NCBI RefSeq assembly: GCF_902713615.1 | Contig: NC_052165.1 | Span: 4,188,784 to 4,252,783 of the forward strand | Direction of reading: 5' to 3' | DNA length: 64,000 nt | Source of the DNA: Scyliorhinus canicula | Taxonomy: Eukaryota | Program-made: the position numbers and the translations under genes | Part shown: positions 63,321 through 64,000 of the stretch, in pieces | Position numbering within the stretch: the stretch's first letter is position 1 | Layout of the letters: every line of letters begins with the position of its first letter | The notes under the pieces: generated by a model | Database searches by the model: none | Seen by the model: the letters and a program-made list of their open reading frames with translations, nothing else | What the model was told of the DNA's origin: nothing

Positions 63321-64000
63321 CCCCAGGCTATTTATTGCAGGTAGTACAAGGGCCAGGCTGTAATTTATTTTGTAGCTTCCTAACCCGATCTCAGTGCCTC
63401 TGATTTTACCTGGGTTCCTGGATCACAGAAGTCACAAATGTTGGGATAAAATGAAATAAAACGTTGTCTCCCCTGACTCGTTTGTCAACTTTTAAAATGG
63501 ATTGTGCAAATATTTTGCATCTGTTTTTAGCGGATGTATGACCGCAAACTACCATCAGCAGTTTCTACAAATATTTTTTTGTTCATTGTAAACATTCTGC
63601 TTTGTTTATCGCATCTGGGTTTCAGCTCCTGTCTTAAGTTGACTGGGAAATACTCAGGGTCCAACAGCAAGAGTCTGTGCAACCTCCAGGCAAACACAAC
63701 CAAAAATTCAGATCTTCCCACACCAGAATGGAGGTTTCGAGGATGAAAAATGAATCCTGTCCTCAGACAATTGGACTTTTTAATCAGAAAGGAGACGGTT
63801 TAACACCAATCTTAAAGGAAAACTACTTGGCTTGAGTGGTAGCAACCAGGGATGGTGAGAGCTGGTCCACTAGCAGAAGTCAGCACTGGGGGAGATACAA
63901 AGGATATGGGCAGGATTAGTCTGCAGCATGCACAGTGAATAGAAAGATTAGCAAGAGAGTAGGATGGGGCAGTGGAGCTGCTGTTTGTAAGGAGGCAGAT

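Overview
This is vertebrate genomic DNA, most likely from a cartilaginous fish (shark/catshark-like, inferred from HE1/V-type SINEs, HER1-like CR1 LINEs and fish-type L1s). It holds two convergent host genes in the same order as the mammalian CREBL2-GPR19 locus. CREBL2 is on + with coding exons 19015-19029, 22866-23063 and 24276-24420, and its stop codon is probably split onto an exon starting at 25416. GPR19 is on - with a single coding exon at 53432-54676, candidate 5' non-coding exons at 59399-59555 and 61493-61556, and a candidate promoter near 62.6-62.8 kb. Most of the rest is transposon-derived: five + strand L1 copies (one full length with TSD, one nested in a CR1 with a 1.94-kb internal duplication), CR1 and Rex1-type LINE pieces, a full Gypsy LTR element with 5-bp TSD, SINEs, a TIR MITE and five tandem-repeat arrays. 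Four observations stand out. (1) The Gypsy element has no tRNA primer-binding site; its leader instead base-pairs with its own LTR poly(A) signal, and its RT motif is YLDN. (2) A Penelope-type insert carries a minimal hammerhead ribozyme. (3) The predicted GPR19 leader has two uORFs chained to the main ORF by ATGA stop/start overlaps. (4) The L1 inter-ORF spacer has conserved stem-loops. All splice models and family names come from reading the sequence by eye, without database searches.
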